A stretch of DNA of 64,000 bases, taken from positions 20,269-84,268 of the forward strand of contig JAWBSP010000001.1 in NCBI GenBank assembly GCA_038842485.1. The letters are read 5' to 3'. The position numbers were made by a program, and so were the translations under genes. The notes under the pieces were generated by a model, which had not been told where the DNA came from, did no database searches, and saw nothing but the letters and a program-made list of their open reading frames with translations. Below are positions 1 through 8,483 of the stretch, in pieces. The DNA comes from Candidatus Hadarchaeales archaeon (GTDB lineage Archaea > Hadarchaeota > Hadarchaeia > Hadarchaeales > JAWBSP01). Positions within the stretch are counted from its first letter, which is position 1. Every line of letters starts with the position of its first letter.

Positions 1-395
1 GCGAGTGCCGTTCTGACCTCCCTCGAGTGGCACTTCCGGAGGTCAGGGTGGTTTGCTAGCATGAGCCAAGTTGCCTCGCTCATGGCACCCTCTTGGCGTA
101 TCTCCTTCAGAAGCTTTGTGGGATCGAATCTGGTACTCCTCACTTCCGTGCGTGCAAGCACTTCCTTGAGTCGCAGTAACTCCTCCTTCACCTTTCTCAG
201 GTTGTAGTCGGCTAGCCTGAGCCAGTCCTCCCTAAGTATCGAGTTACGCGATTGATGGAGATTCTCCAAGAACTTCCAAGCCTCCCTTCTCAAGCGGTGG
301 CGCACCTCCTCGAACTCTTGACCGCCTTCCATCTCTTCTAACTCCTGAAGTAGGGCCCTCAGGGGGGAGGAAGCAGTTTTGGGACTGGAAGTCAA
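1..395 (-). CDS. hypothetical charged/helical protein, partial (runs off window start)
   Basis: Reading frame open on the minus strand from ~395 (TTG) to position 1 with no stop. Residues are coiled-coil-like (LRKVKEELLRLKEVLARTE). No family recognised. Confidence 0.2.
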   Translation of the reverse strand, partial: MTSSPKTASSPLRALLQELEEMEGGQEFEEVRHRLRREAWKFLENLHQSRNSILREDWLRLADYNLRKVKEELLRLKEVLARTEVRSTRFDPTKLLKEIRQEGAMSEATWLMLANHPDLRKCHSREVRTAL

Positions 396-664
396 AACCT
401 TCTCAATCTTGGTGACGATCAAGTTCCTTTAGCCTCCTTTCTATTTCGGGTAGCCTTGGGTGTTTTCTCAGCTTCATCTCCTCCCTCAAGGTTCGGAGGA
501 GGTCGGCCTCGGCGAGGGCGAGCAGTTCAAGTATGGACTGTTTGTTAGTCTTCCTCGAGAGCAGAACTAACGCCAGTTGCCAGCTCACCGTCACCGCCAG
601 CAGCGTTTTCCACACAAGGTTCTTTTTGATGCGCCCCCATTTAAGGTGGAAAAAATAACCTTGA

Positions 665-2038
665 GTGAGACGGGTTCTTTTGGTTTGCGGGCTTGTGCTG
701 TTTCTTCTCCCGGCAAGCCTATCATCGACCACTTCAAGTGTATTTAGGATCCGGTGGCAGATACAGCTTCAAAACCCTGGCTACACAGATGCGCAAGATG
801 TGGTTGCGACTATTCTGGTTTTTGATAATCGTTCGGGCTGGGTTAACCAACAGGTGCTCTGGGAAGATATTCCGGGCGAGGTTTTGCGCAACGCTGACAA
901 TAGGATAGCAATTTTTAGGGTTCCTCGGCTTCGTGCCGGGAGAACGGAGTCCATCAGCTTTGAGCAGTTGGTGAAGGTAGACCGCACGGAACTGGATCTG
1001 GATCTCTCGAGAGGCACCTACATACCACCTGAGTGCCTCTCATTTACCCTCCCGATCGATCATCTCTGGGAGAACCACCCGGACTTGGTTTCCAAGGCTG
1101 CGGAGCTGTGCGAGAACGTGGCAACACCTGTGGAGAAACTGAGGAGGATTTTCGAGTTCGTGAAGGATTATCTGACCTACCGGCCACAGGCGGAGGAGCG
1201 TGGAGCCCTCTGGGCATACAGGAACCGGGTTGGGGACTGCACGGAGTTCACGAATCTGCTGATAGCGCTCTGTAGGCTCTCGGGGATTCCTGCTAAGTTC
1301 GTTTCAGCCGTCGGGTATAGCAGGGAAAAAGCCAACGATCTTTACTCAATGGGCCACGCTTTCGCCTTGGTTTACCTCCCTGGGCTAGAGTGGGTTCCTG
1401 TAGATGCCACGTGGTCCTCCCCAAGAGGTGAACTCGGAATATCCAGCGAAGACAAGCTGGTGATGCTGGTGAGTGACGGTTGGAACTTACTGAAGGATTC
1501 GGGCATCACGGTGCCCAAGGATCGCGTAAACTACTCGTATGTGGGCACAGACCCTGGTGTGAGGCTCTTGAGTCAGGCCACCATCTTAAAGGAGGTCGGT
1601 CTCGAGGTGAGTTTGGATGCTGCTGGAGAGTTGAGGGACAGCACTTGGGAGTGGTATGTGACGGTGAGAAATGTGGGATCGGTGACGGTAAACAACTTGA
1701 GCGTGAGACTTTCCGCCGACAACGAAATTTTTGAGATCCCTCCTCCAGTTACCCTCGATGAACTGCCTGGAGGTCACAACAAGGTTTTCACATTGGAGGT
1801 GAGAGTGAAGAGGAGTGCGGAGAATCTCCCGGTGGTGGCGGAGGTGGAGTATGAAACTCCGTATGGGGTCTTTAGTGCTAAGGCGGAGGCCAAGGCCAGT
1901 CCCACTCTTTACGAGAGCCCCCTTTCTGGTCTCGAGAAATACTTCGCGGCAATGAGGAGCTTCCTAGCCGAGCACTCCCTCTTCGTTCTTTTGGTGCTGG
2001 TCGGGATGGCGGGGATTCTGCTAGCGCGCCGCTTTTAA
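665..2038 (+). CDS. secreted/membrane-anchored transglutaminase-like cysteine protease-domain protein
   Basis: N-terminal signal peptide MRRVLLVCGLVLFLLPASLSS. Transglutaminase-like core with Cys in NRVGDCTEFTNLLIALCR and His in GHAFALVYL…VPVDAT. C-terminal TM helix. Confidence 0.75.
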   Translation: MRRVLLVCGLVLFLLPASLSSTTSSVFRIRWQIQLQNPGYTDAQDVVATILVFDNRSGWVNQQVLWEDIPGEVLRNADNRIAIFRVPRLRAGRTESISFEQLVKVDRTELDLDLSRGTYIPPECLSFTLPIDHLWENHPDLVSKAAELCENVATPVEKLRRIFEFVKDYLTYRPQAEERGALWAYRNRVGDCTEFTNLLIALCRLSGIPAKFVSAVGYSREKANDLYSMGHAFALVYLPGLEWVPVDATWSSPRGELGISSEDKLVMLVSDGWNLLKDSGITVPKDRVNYSYVGTDPGVRLLSQATILKEVGLEVSLDAAGELRDSTWEWYVTVRNVGSVTVNNLSVRLSADNEIFEIPPPVTLDELPGGHNKVFTLEVRVKRSAENLPVVAEVEYETPYGVFSAKAEAKASPTLYESPLSGLEKYFAAMRSFLAEHSLFVLLVLVGMAGILLARRF

Positions 2039-2054
2039 TCGGCAGGGGCACAAG

Positions 2055-2669
2055 TTGATGTACGTCTTCACCGGAACCGTGGTGGGCCTTAGGTTCAAGG
2101 AAGGAGTCGTGCTGGCTTCGGATTCTAGGGCGACGGCGTACTATTTAGTGCTGAGCAAGAGGCTGAAGAAGATTTTCAGGCTGGGGGATCGGATAGGTGG
2201 TGGCTTCACCGGCAGCCCAGGGGATGTTCAGTCTTTGGTGAGCCTGTTACGTGCCGAGGCTCGCCTCTACCAAGTCACCTACGGCAGACCCATCTCCGTT
2301 AGGTCCCTAACGCAGGTGGCCTCTAACTACCTGTCCGGGAGGAGGATTTTCCCCATGCTGGTCGACGGGATGATAGCAGGTGTCGATGCAGACGGGCCCC
2401 ATCTATTTTTCATAGATGCCATCGGGGGAAAGATAGAGGAAAGCAAGTTTGCAAGCTCAGGCTCTGGAGCGACCGTGGCCTACGGAGTCTTGGAGCGGAG
2501 CTACAGGGAGGAGATGAGCAGGGAAGAAGGCGTCAAGCTGGCTGGGCTCGCCATCAAGACCGCCATCGAGAGAGATGCCGCCACGGGAGATGGACTGGCA
2601 ATAGCTGTGATCGATGGTGAGGGTTACCGGGAGCTGTCGGACGAGGAGATTCACAGGTTAGGCATCTGA
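2055..2669 (+). CDS. psmB: proteasome beta subunit
   Basis: Short propeptide ending in Gly followed by the active-site Thr (FTG|TVVGLRFKEGVVLASDSRAT). Ntn-hydrolase proteasome-beta pattern, ~200 aa. Confidence 0.8.
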   Translation: MMYVFTGTVVGLRFKEGVVLASDSRATAYYLVLSKRLKKIFRLGDRIGGGFTGSPGDVQSLVSLLRAEARLYQVTYGRPISVRSLTQVASNYLSGRRIFPMLVDGMIAGVDADGPHLFFIDAIGGKIEESKFASSGSGATVAYGVLERSYREEMSREEGVKLAGLAIKTAIERDAATGDGLAIAVIDGEGYRELSDEEIHRLGI

Positions 2670-2751
2670 GGTTCCCAGAGGAGGTATTGGTGTCGCAACC
2701 CTAACGCAGGACTTTTCCCCTTTTTAAGGCGGTTCCGGCCAAACGACCAAG

Positions 2752-3675
2752 ATGGAGTTGAGCAAGCTCGGGATGGGACAGGAGCTTTTGGAGCGTCTGC
2801 AGGAGAACGGCTTCACCACCATAGAGAAGCTCGCCCTTGCCTCCTCGGAAGAGTTGGCGAGGTTACTTTCGCTCAAGTTAACATTCGCAAGACAACTGGT
2901 CCAGTCCGCGAGAGAAACCATTGCCTTGAACTTCAGGACAGCCTTGGAGATTTTTGAGGAGCGCAGCAACATCGAGAGAATTTCCACCGGATCGAAAGCT
3001 CTAGACGGAATTCTTGGCGGTGGGGTGGAGGCAGGGTCTATCACAGAATTCTTTGGTGAGTACGGGTCTGGAAAATCTCAGCTAGTTCACCAGCTCTGTG
3101 TCAATGTTCAACTTGGGAAAGAAAAGGGCGGGCTCTCAAAGAAAGCGATTTTCGTGGACACGGAGGGAACTTTCAGGCCAGAGCGCATCGCTCAGATGGC
3201 GGAGGGAGTTGGAGAAGATCCCAAAAGTTTGCTGGAGGGGATCTTGGTGGTTAGGGCCTACGACACCGACCAGCAGATGCTTCTCGCGAGGAAGCTGGGG
3301 GAGGTAGCTGGGCCCGACGTGGGACTGGTGGTGGTTGACTCGATTACCAATCTCTTCAGAACCGAATATGGGGGAAGGGGGACACTGGCGGAAAGACAGC
3401 AGCGGCTCTGTAGACACCTAGCGGACCTCAAGAGGCTGGCCGATCTCAACCACCTGGCCGTTGTGGTGACTAATCAGGTTTTGGCTAGACCGGAAATCTT
3501 TTTTGGAGATCCAACGCAGCCTGTAGGGGGAAACGTGCTGGGTCACGCCATCACCCATCGGGTGTATCTCCGCAAGGGAAAGGCCGAGACCCGTACCGCC
3601 ACGCTTGTTGATAGCCCGAACCTTCCTTGCCGGAGTGCGAGCTTCAGAATCGTCGACAGGGGCATTTCAGACTAA
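2752..3675 (+). CDS. radA: DNA repair and recombination protein RadA
   Basis: N-terminal HhH domain, Walker A GEYGSGKSQ, RecA/Rad51 core, 307 aa. Confidence 0.9.
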   Translation: MELSKLGMGQELLERLQENGFTTIEKLALASSEELARLLSLKLTFARQLVQSARETIALNFRTALEIFEERSNIERISTGSKALDGILGGGVEAGSITEFFGEYGSGKSQLVHQLCVNVQLGKEKGGLSKKAIFVDTEGTFRPERIAQMAEGVGEDPKSLLEGILVVRAYDTDQQMLLARKLGEVAGPDVGLVVVDSITNLFRTEYGGRGTLAERQQRLCRHLADLKRLADLNHLAVVVTNQVLARPEIFFGDPTQPVGGNVLGHAITHRVYLRKGKAETRTATLVDSPNLPCRSASFRIVDRGISD

Positions 3676-4256
3676 CCTAGGAACACCACCAGCGAGTTGT
3701 ATATGCAGTGAGAGAGGATCGAGCAGGAGAGTCCCCTGAAGAGGTAGGCGATTCCCAAAAGTATCCCAGCAACAGTCAGGGGCAGGACGATGGCGGGGTA
3801 GGTGCCCGGGTTGGAGAGGTGGAAGAGGCCAAAGAGCACGGAGGAGGTGAGTACTCCCGCTTTTCTGGATCTGAGGGCGATGGAGAACTCTTCCAGCAGG
3901 ATTCCCCTGAACAGCCATTCCTCAAGGAAGGCGAAGAGATTGACGGTCACGAGAAGGAGAGGGATGGGAACTTTCTCTGGTGTGAGGGGGTACTCCTCGG
4001 GCTGGAGGATAGGAATCTGCTTCTTCCACAGGTAGAGGTCGATCTGTTCGGTCAGGAAGAGCAGGGCGGCAGTGAAGGCTGCCGAGAAGATCACCAGCTC
4101 CAGCATTCTCCACTTTCTGGTCTCCTTGGCAAGGGGAATCCAAAAGCTGGGAAGCAGGCGTTCTAGATAGTACGGGCGCTTGGAAACTATCTTCCCTAAG
4201 GCCACCCCCAGCAGCACCGCTGGGACAACGATTCTGACGGGGAGGAGATAGTCCAA
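3672..4256 (-). CDS. CPBP-family (CAAX protease/Abi) intramembrane metalloprotease
   Basis: Motifs LEEWLFRGILLEEF (EExxxR) and FGLFHL (FxxxH), multiple TM helices. Confidence 0.7.
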   Translation of the reverse strand: MDYLLPVRIVVPAVLLGVALGKIVSKRPYYLERLLPSFWIPLAKETRKWRMLELVIFSAAFTAALLFLTEQIDLYLWKKQIPILQPEEYPLTPEKVPIPLLLVTVNLFAFLEEWLFRGILLEEFSIALRSRKAGVLTSSVLFGLFHLSNPGTYPAIVLPLTVAGILLGIAYLFRGLSCSILSHCIYNSLVVFLG

Positions 4257-4257
4257 G

Positions 4258-4536
4258 CTATTTCACTTTCAGGAGTTCTTGAATGGATTTTATCTCCTCG
4301 AGCAGCTTCAGCACGCGCTCGTGGTCGGTTTCCTTCTCTAGCTGGGAGAGGAGGTTCCGGAGTTTCTCCTTCAGCACCCTTTCGCTCTCGGAAAACTGTT
4401 TCTCCCCACAGATGGGGCAGAAGATTTTCCCCCCCTGCTCAAAGAGGGGGCTCAGGCAGGAGGCACAGTGGAGGGAAAGCATCCTCGCCCCGCCAATTAG
4501 CGCCTCGGCAATTTTCTTCACCTTCTCCTTCTCCAT
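4258..4536 (-). CDS. zinc-ribbon protein (UPF0148 / autoantigen-p27-like)
   Basis: Pattern GGARMLSLHCASCLSPLFEQGGKIFCPICG, i.e. C-x2-C…PLF…C-P-x-C-G. Confidence 0.5.
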   Translation of the reverse strand: MEKEKVKKIAEALIGGARMLSLHCASCLSPLFEQGGKIFCPICGEKQFSESERVLKEKLRNLLSQLEKETDHERVLKLLEEIKSIQELLKVK

Positions 4537-4570
4537 CGCTTTAATCTCCAGAACAAATTATTGATTTGAG

Positions 4571-4831
4571 GTGGTCAGTTTGGAGGAGGGGATAAAACAG
4601 GTGCTGGAAGTTCTGTCGAGGGTGAGAGGGGACACCATGACTCCCCGTGGTGCAAGGGGGCTGGTGGAGCAGGCTATAGGTGCACTCTCCGGTGGGGACC
4701 GGGAGCTCGGGGTGGCAACTGCGATAAGCTATTTAGATAAGGCGGGTAACCATCCCAACCTTCCCCCCCATATCAGAACCGCCATCTGGAACGCACTCGG
4801 CATTCTAGAGGGCCTGAGCAAGAAAGTCTAG
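4571..4831 (+). CDS. small conserved hypothetical protein
   Basis: 86-aa ORF with an SD-like sequence upstream. No motif recognised. Confidence 0.3.
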   Translation: MVSLEEGIKQVLEVLSRVRGDTMTPRGARGLVEQAIGALSGGDRELGVATAISYLDKAGNHPNLPPHIRTAIWNALGILEGLSKKV

Positions 4832-4832
4832 C

Positions 4833-5420
4833 TCACTGGACGTTGGCGTGTCTCTTCAGCAGATCTTGCTCGTTCTTTTTGAGCAGGTGCATTAGAGCGG
4901 CAATTACCCCATCTAGAAAGACCATGGCTGAAATCTCAAAAAGGGTTCCGAGGGGGGCGAGCGAGGCATGCTCCCCAGCCAGCTCTCTCTCAACGTATTC
5001 AGAGATAGTTTCGGTTTTAGCTCTTCCTGGCAGGACGACCACCACATCCGCTAGCCTGCCTAGCCGGGAGTCTGGGAAAGAGGTCACGGCGGCAATCTTC
5101 GCCCCCGCACGCTTGGCGATGGAGGCAGCCCCTACCACCAAGTCGGTTTCCCCAGAACCAGAGACCGCCACTAGCACATCCTCCGGTTGGAGAGAGGGGG
5201 TGATGGTTTCTCCCACTACATAAACATTCAATCCCAGGTGCATGATTCTCATCGCAAATGCTCTAGCGACCAGCCCTGAGCGCCCGGCCCCTAGTGCGAA
5301 CACCCTTTTGGCCCTTAGCAAGCACTGGATGAAACTTTCCACTTGTCCTCTATCTAGCTCACACTTGGTTCTCTCCAAATTAGCCAAGATCTCCTCCATC
5401 GCTTTTTGGGTCTCTTCCAA
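4833..5420 (-). CDS. SIS-domain sugar-phosphate isomerase (6-phospho-3-hexuloisomerase-like)
   Basis: SIS fold signature VFALGAGRSGLVARAFAMRIMHLG…VSGSGET, ~195 aa. Confidence 0.6.
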   Translation of the reverse strand: MEETQKAMEEILANLERTKCELDRGQVESFIQCLLRAKRVFALGAGRSGLVARAFAMRIMHLGLNVYVVGETITPSLQPEDVLVAVSGSGETDLVVGAASIAKRAGAKIAAVTSFPDSRLGRLADVVVVLPGRAKTETISEYVERELAGEHASLAPLGTLFEISAMVFLDGVIAALMHLLKKNEQDLLKRHANVQ

Positions 5421-5455
5421 TCCAAATCTAGATTAAAACCCCTTTAACCATGTAC

Positions 5456-6025
5456 TTACAGTTCACGTCTGCTAGGCCGGGCGAAGAGGAAATATCTGTC
5501 TTTTCCCTGAATTTCCAGCAGGATGCGCTTGGTCAGGGCTTCCTTCACGTCCAGCCCTTTTACTCTCGCCTCTATGTCCGCGAAGCTGGTGAAGGGGCTC
5601 TTCTCCCTCTCCTGAAGGATGGTCTCCATTAGTTTCTTTCCAACCCCCGGCAGAAGTTCCAGCTGATGGAGCCTAGTGGTGAGGGGACCGGCCTTGTTGA
5701 AGAATTCGAGGAACCTGTTCTCGCTCTCCTCAATGGTTTTTCTAATGGCATGGGGTAACTCATTTTTGGCCGTTGCCGTCAAGTCTTCGTATCCTACCCG
5801 CTGCTTTATTCTGCTGATTTTTTCACGCCTCTCCCTTCCCAAGTAAACTTTTTCCTGTATCTGGAGGGTCACGTTCTCCATCGGAACCGCCTCCAGCAGG
5901 GTGAAGAAGGTGCTCCCCACGATTTGCGCGATAGGTTCCCGCAGGTGGATGGGCCTGGGATCAGTGGGGGAACCGTGGGGCAGGAAATCGATGACTATCC
6001 CAAAATCCTCATACTTTTTCTGCAT
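5456..6025 (-). CDS. DUF655-like HhH nucleic-acid-binding protein
   Basis: HhH motif LHQLELLPGVGKKLMETIL. Sits in the conserved archaeal L21e–RpoF–DUF655 neighbourhood. Confidence 0.55.
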   Translation of the reverse strand: MQKKYEDFGIVIDFLPHGSPTDPRPIHLREPIAQIVGSTFFTLLEAVPMENVTLQIQEKVYLGRERREKISRIKQRVGYEDLTATAKNELPHAIRKTIEESENRFLEFFNKAGPLTTRLHQLELLPGVGKKLMETILQEREKSPFTSFADIEARVKGLDVKEALTKRILLEIQGKDRYFLFARPSRREL

Positions 6026-6033
6026 CCAAGCGT

Positions 6034-6369
6034 CTACTCCCTATACTGCTCCAACAACTCCAGAATCTGTGAGGCTAGATTTTCGTCCGGTTTGGTTTTC
6101 TCCTTGGCGAAGATCATGTCAAGTTCCGCCTTTTTTTCAGGCATTAGGTCCACCAGCAGGACCGCTTGGTGGGGGAGAAGTCCCAGCGAGATGAGTTTTT
6201 CTAAGAGTTCGGAGGCCTTCTCAGGTTTGAGCTGGCAGAACTTCTGTCCGTGGTCGTGATCCAATCTTTGCTCGTAGCCCAGTTCCCCCTCTTTTGCTCT
6301 CTTGTTCAGAATTTTGAGAGCCTCTGCCATCGGGATTGGCTTTTCCTGCAGGAGTGCTTTTCCTATCAT
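6034..6369 (-). CDS. rpoF: DNA-directed RNA polymerase subunit F (Rpo4)
   Basis: ~110 aa. Lies immediately downstream of L21e as in other archaea. Rpb4-like helical protein. Confidence 0.7.
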   Translation of the reverse strand: MIGKALLQEKPIPMAEALKILNKRAKEGELGYEQRLDHDHGQKFCQLKPEKASELLEKLISLGLLPHQAVLLVDLMPEKKAELDMIFAKEKTKPDENLASQILELLEQYRE

Positions 6370-6656
6370 CCCATCATTCTGAGGTGCTCTGGTCTTGAAA
6401 TAACCTTCTTCAGCTTTCCTCCCTCCCTCACCTCCACCACGTAAGCTTTTCCCCTCCTCTCTTTCACCGTGCCAATCCTCCCCTGAAAGCGTGGGTGAGG
6501 CATCCCCTTTACCACAGAGGGTTCTAGGATAATTGCAACCCTGCTTCCGATGGGGAAAGTCTGGAGGGCCTTGGTAACTGGAATGGCTCCGCGTTTCCTA
6601 GGGGGCTTCAGCAGTTTGCTCCTGCTCTTCTTTCTCAATCCTTTGTGTCTGACCAT
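6366..6656 (-). CDS. rpl21e: 50S ribosomal protein L21e
   Basis: MVRHKGLRKKSRSKLLKPPRKRG…GSRVAIILEPSVVKGMPHPRFQGRIGTV is the typical L21e sequence. Confidence 0.85.
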   Translation of the reverse strand: MVRHKGLRKKSRSKLLKPPRKRGAIPVTKALQTFPIGSRVAIILEPSVVKGMPHPRFQGRIGTVKERRGKAYVVEVREGGKLKKVISRPEHLRMMG

Positions 6657-8000
6657 TCACGAGTAACCCAGTTGTTTGAAAAACTTTTTGAGGGGCCCCT
6701 TCGGCATCCTGCCCCCTGCAAAGCTTTTAACAAGCTGTTTCATCATCTCATACTGTTTAAGCATCTCCTTGACCTCGGCCTCGCTGGTCCCAGAACCTTT
6801 GGCGATTCTCCTTATCCTAGAGGCATTCAAGATTCCGGGGTCCTCCCTTTCCTCAGGGGTCATGGAGTCTATGATTACTTTAAATTTCTTCATCTTCTCT
6901 TGGCCGATTTTGAGTTGCTCTTGAGGCAGGGAGATACCTAAGCCCGGTATCATGGATAGAAGCTTGTCCAGCGAACCCATCTTCTGTGTGGCCTCGAGCA
7001 TCTCCTGAAATTCTCGGAGATTCATCTTTCCCAGCGCAATTCTGCTCTCCAAGGTCTTTCTCTCACCCGCCGGTATCTCCTCCATCTTTTTGAGAAGGGT
7101 CTCCAGGTCCCCCATCCCTAGGAGCCTAGCCACAAATTTCGTGGGAACGAAGGGCTCTACCTCGTCGATGTGCTCTCCGGTACCCACGAATTCAATGGAG
7201 GCGCCAGTTGCAGCCACCGCCGACAGGGCCCCTCCGCCCTTCGCGCTCCCGTCAAGTTTGGAGAGAAAAATGGAGCCCAGAGGCGCCGCTGAATGGAAGG
7301 CTTCTGCCTGATCCTTGGCTTGCTGACCAATGGTTGCGTCCACTACCAGCATGATGTGGTCTGGTTTCACAGCCTCCGCCAGCATCCTCATCTCCTCCAT
7401 GAGTTCCCTTTCCCGCTTGTGCCTCCCGGCGGTGTCGATTAGGATGAGGTCACACTTTTCGGTTTTGAGCTTCTCCAAGCCTTCCTTGGCAATTCTCACC
7501 GGGTCCCTCGCCTCCGGATCCCCAACAACCTTCACCCCTATCTGCTCTCCTAGCTGCAGAAGCTGGAGATAGGCGCCCGGTCTATAGGTGTCCGCGCAGA
7601 CCATTCCAACCCTGAAGCCTTTTTTCTTGTAGAAGTATGCCAGCTTGGCGGCCGAAGTAGTTTTGCCGCTACCCTGTAAACCCACTAGCAGGAGCACGTT
7701 GGGCCTTCCTGGCTGGAGCTGCAATCGGCCCGATTTGCCCAAGAGATTCGAAAGCTCCGAGTAAACGATTCCCACGGTGTGTTCTCTCCGGCCAACTCCA
7801 GGAGGTGGTTTCTCGGACAAGGCACGTTCCTCTATCTTGCGGCAGAGGTTGAGTGCCAGCTCCACATTCACATCAGCTTGGAGAAGGGCGGTCTGGATGT
7901 CCCTCACCATCTCCTTCACAGCCTTTTCATCCACGTAGGCCGCTTTAGTTATCTTCCGGATGGCTGCGTGAAGGCTCCTTCCCAGTTTTTCAAGCACCAT
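6657..8000 (-). CDS. srp54: signal recognition particle protein SRP54
   Basis: NG domain GTPase motifs (GLQGSGKTT, DTAGR), M domain, 447 aa. Confidence 0.95.
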   Translation of the reverse strand: MVLEKLGRSLHAAIRKITKAAYVDEKAVKEMVRDIQTALLQADVNVELALNLCRKIEERALSEKPPPGVGRREHTVGIVYSELSNLLGKSGRLQLQPGRPNVLLLVGLQGSGKTTSAAKLAYFYKKKGFRVGMVCADTYRPGAYLQLLQLGEQIGVKVVGDPEARDPVRIAKEGLEKLKTEKCDLILIDTAGRHKRERELMEEMRMLAEAVKPDHIMLVVDATIGQQAKDQAEAFHSAAPLGSIFLSKLDGSAKGGGALSAVAATGASIEFVGTGEHIDEVEPFVPTKFVARLLGMGDLETLLKKMEEIPAGERKTLESRIALGKMNLREFQEMLEATQKMGSLDKLLSMIPGLGISLPQEQLKIGQEKMKKFKVIIDSMTPEEREDPGILNASRIRRIAKGSGTSEAEVKEMLKQYEMMKQLVKSFAGGRMPKGPLKKFFKQLGYS

Positions 8001-8483
8001 TTAGTACCAGTATGGGGGCATGCTTTTTTCAGTACGTTTCAGCTTTAGGGAAACGAAGGCACTCGCCCCGAAGAGGGAGAGGGCGAGGGCCACCAGCCAA
8101 AGGTTCGCTTCTCTGGGGATCTCGTACCCACGTTCGACCAACCACAGGTTTTCGGCATGGAGATCCACATCTCCTCCATGCTCGGGGCAGGCCATGTGAA
8201 AAATCCCGACTACTTCAATGATGTCTCCTTTGTGCCGATAATCGGCCGCCACCTTAAGGTTCTCCGTCATCTCAACCCTGCAGAAGACCCCAATAACTCC
8301 GCCGTTCTCAACACTGACCCAAACTTCTCTTCCCCTCCTTAGAATCCCGAAAACCTCTCCCCTGATGGTTACCTTGGTATTGTTAAAATTCTCTGGGTGG
8401 GAGAGGAGGTCACCGACGGTAACGGGCTGGGCACAGGCAGGCGGGAGGAGGAGCAGGACCAGAAGGAAAACCCACCTTCTCAT
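8001..8483 (-). CDS. secreted hypothetical protein with OB-fold-like core and C-terminal TM
   Basis: Start trimmed to the internal Met. Signal peptide MRRWVFLLVLLLLPPACA. C-terminal hydrophobic helix. Confidence 0.4.
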   Translation of the reverse strand: MRRWVFLLVLLLLPPACAQPVTVGDLLSHPENFNNTKVTIRGEVFGILRRGREVWVSVENGGVIGVFCRVEMTENLKVAADYRHKGDIIEVVGIFHMACPEHGGDVDLHAENLWLVERGYEIPREANLWLVALALSLFGASAFVSLKLKRTEKSMPPYWY

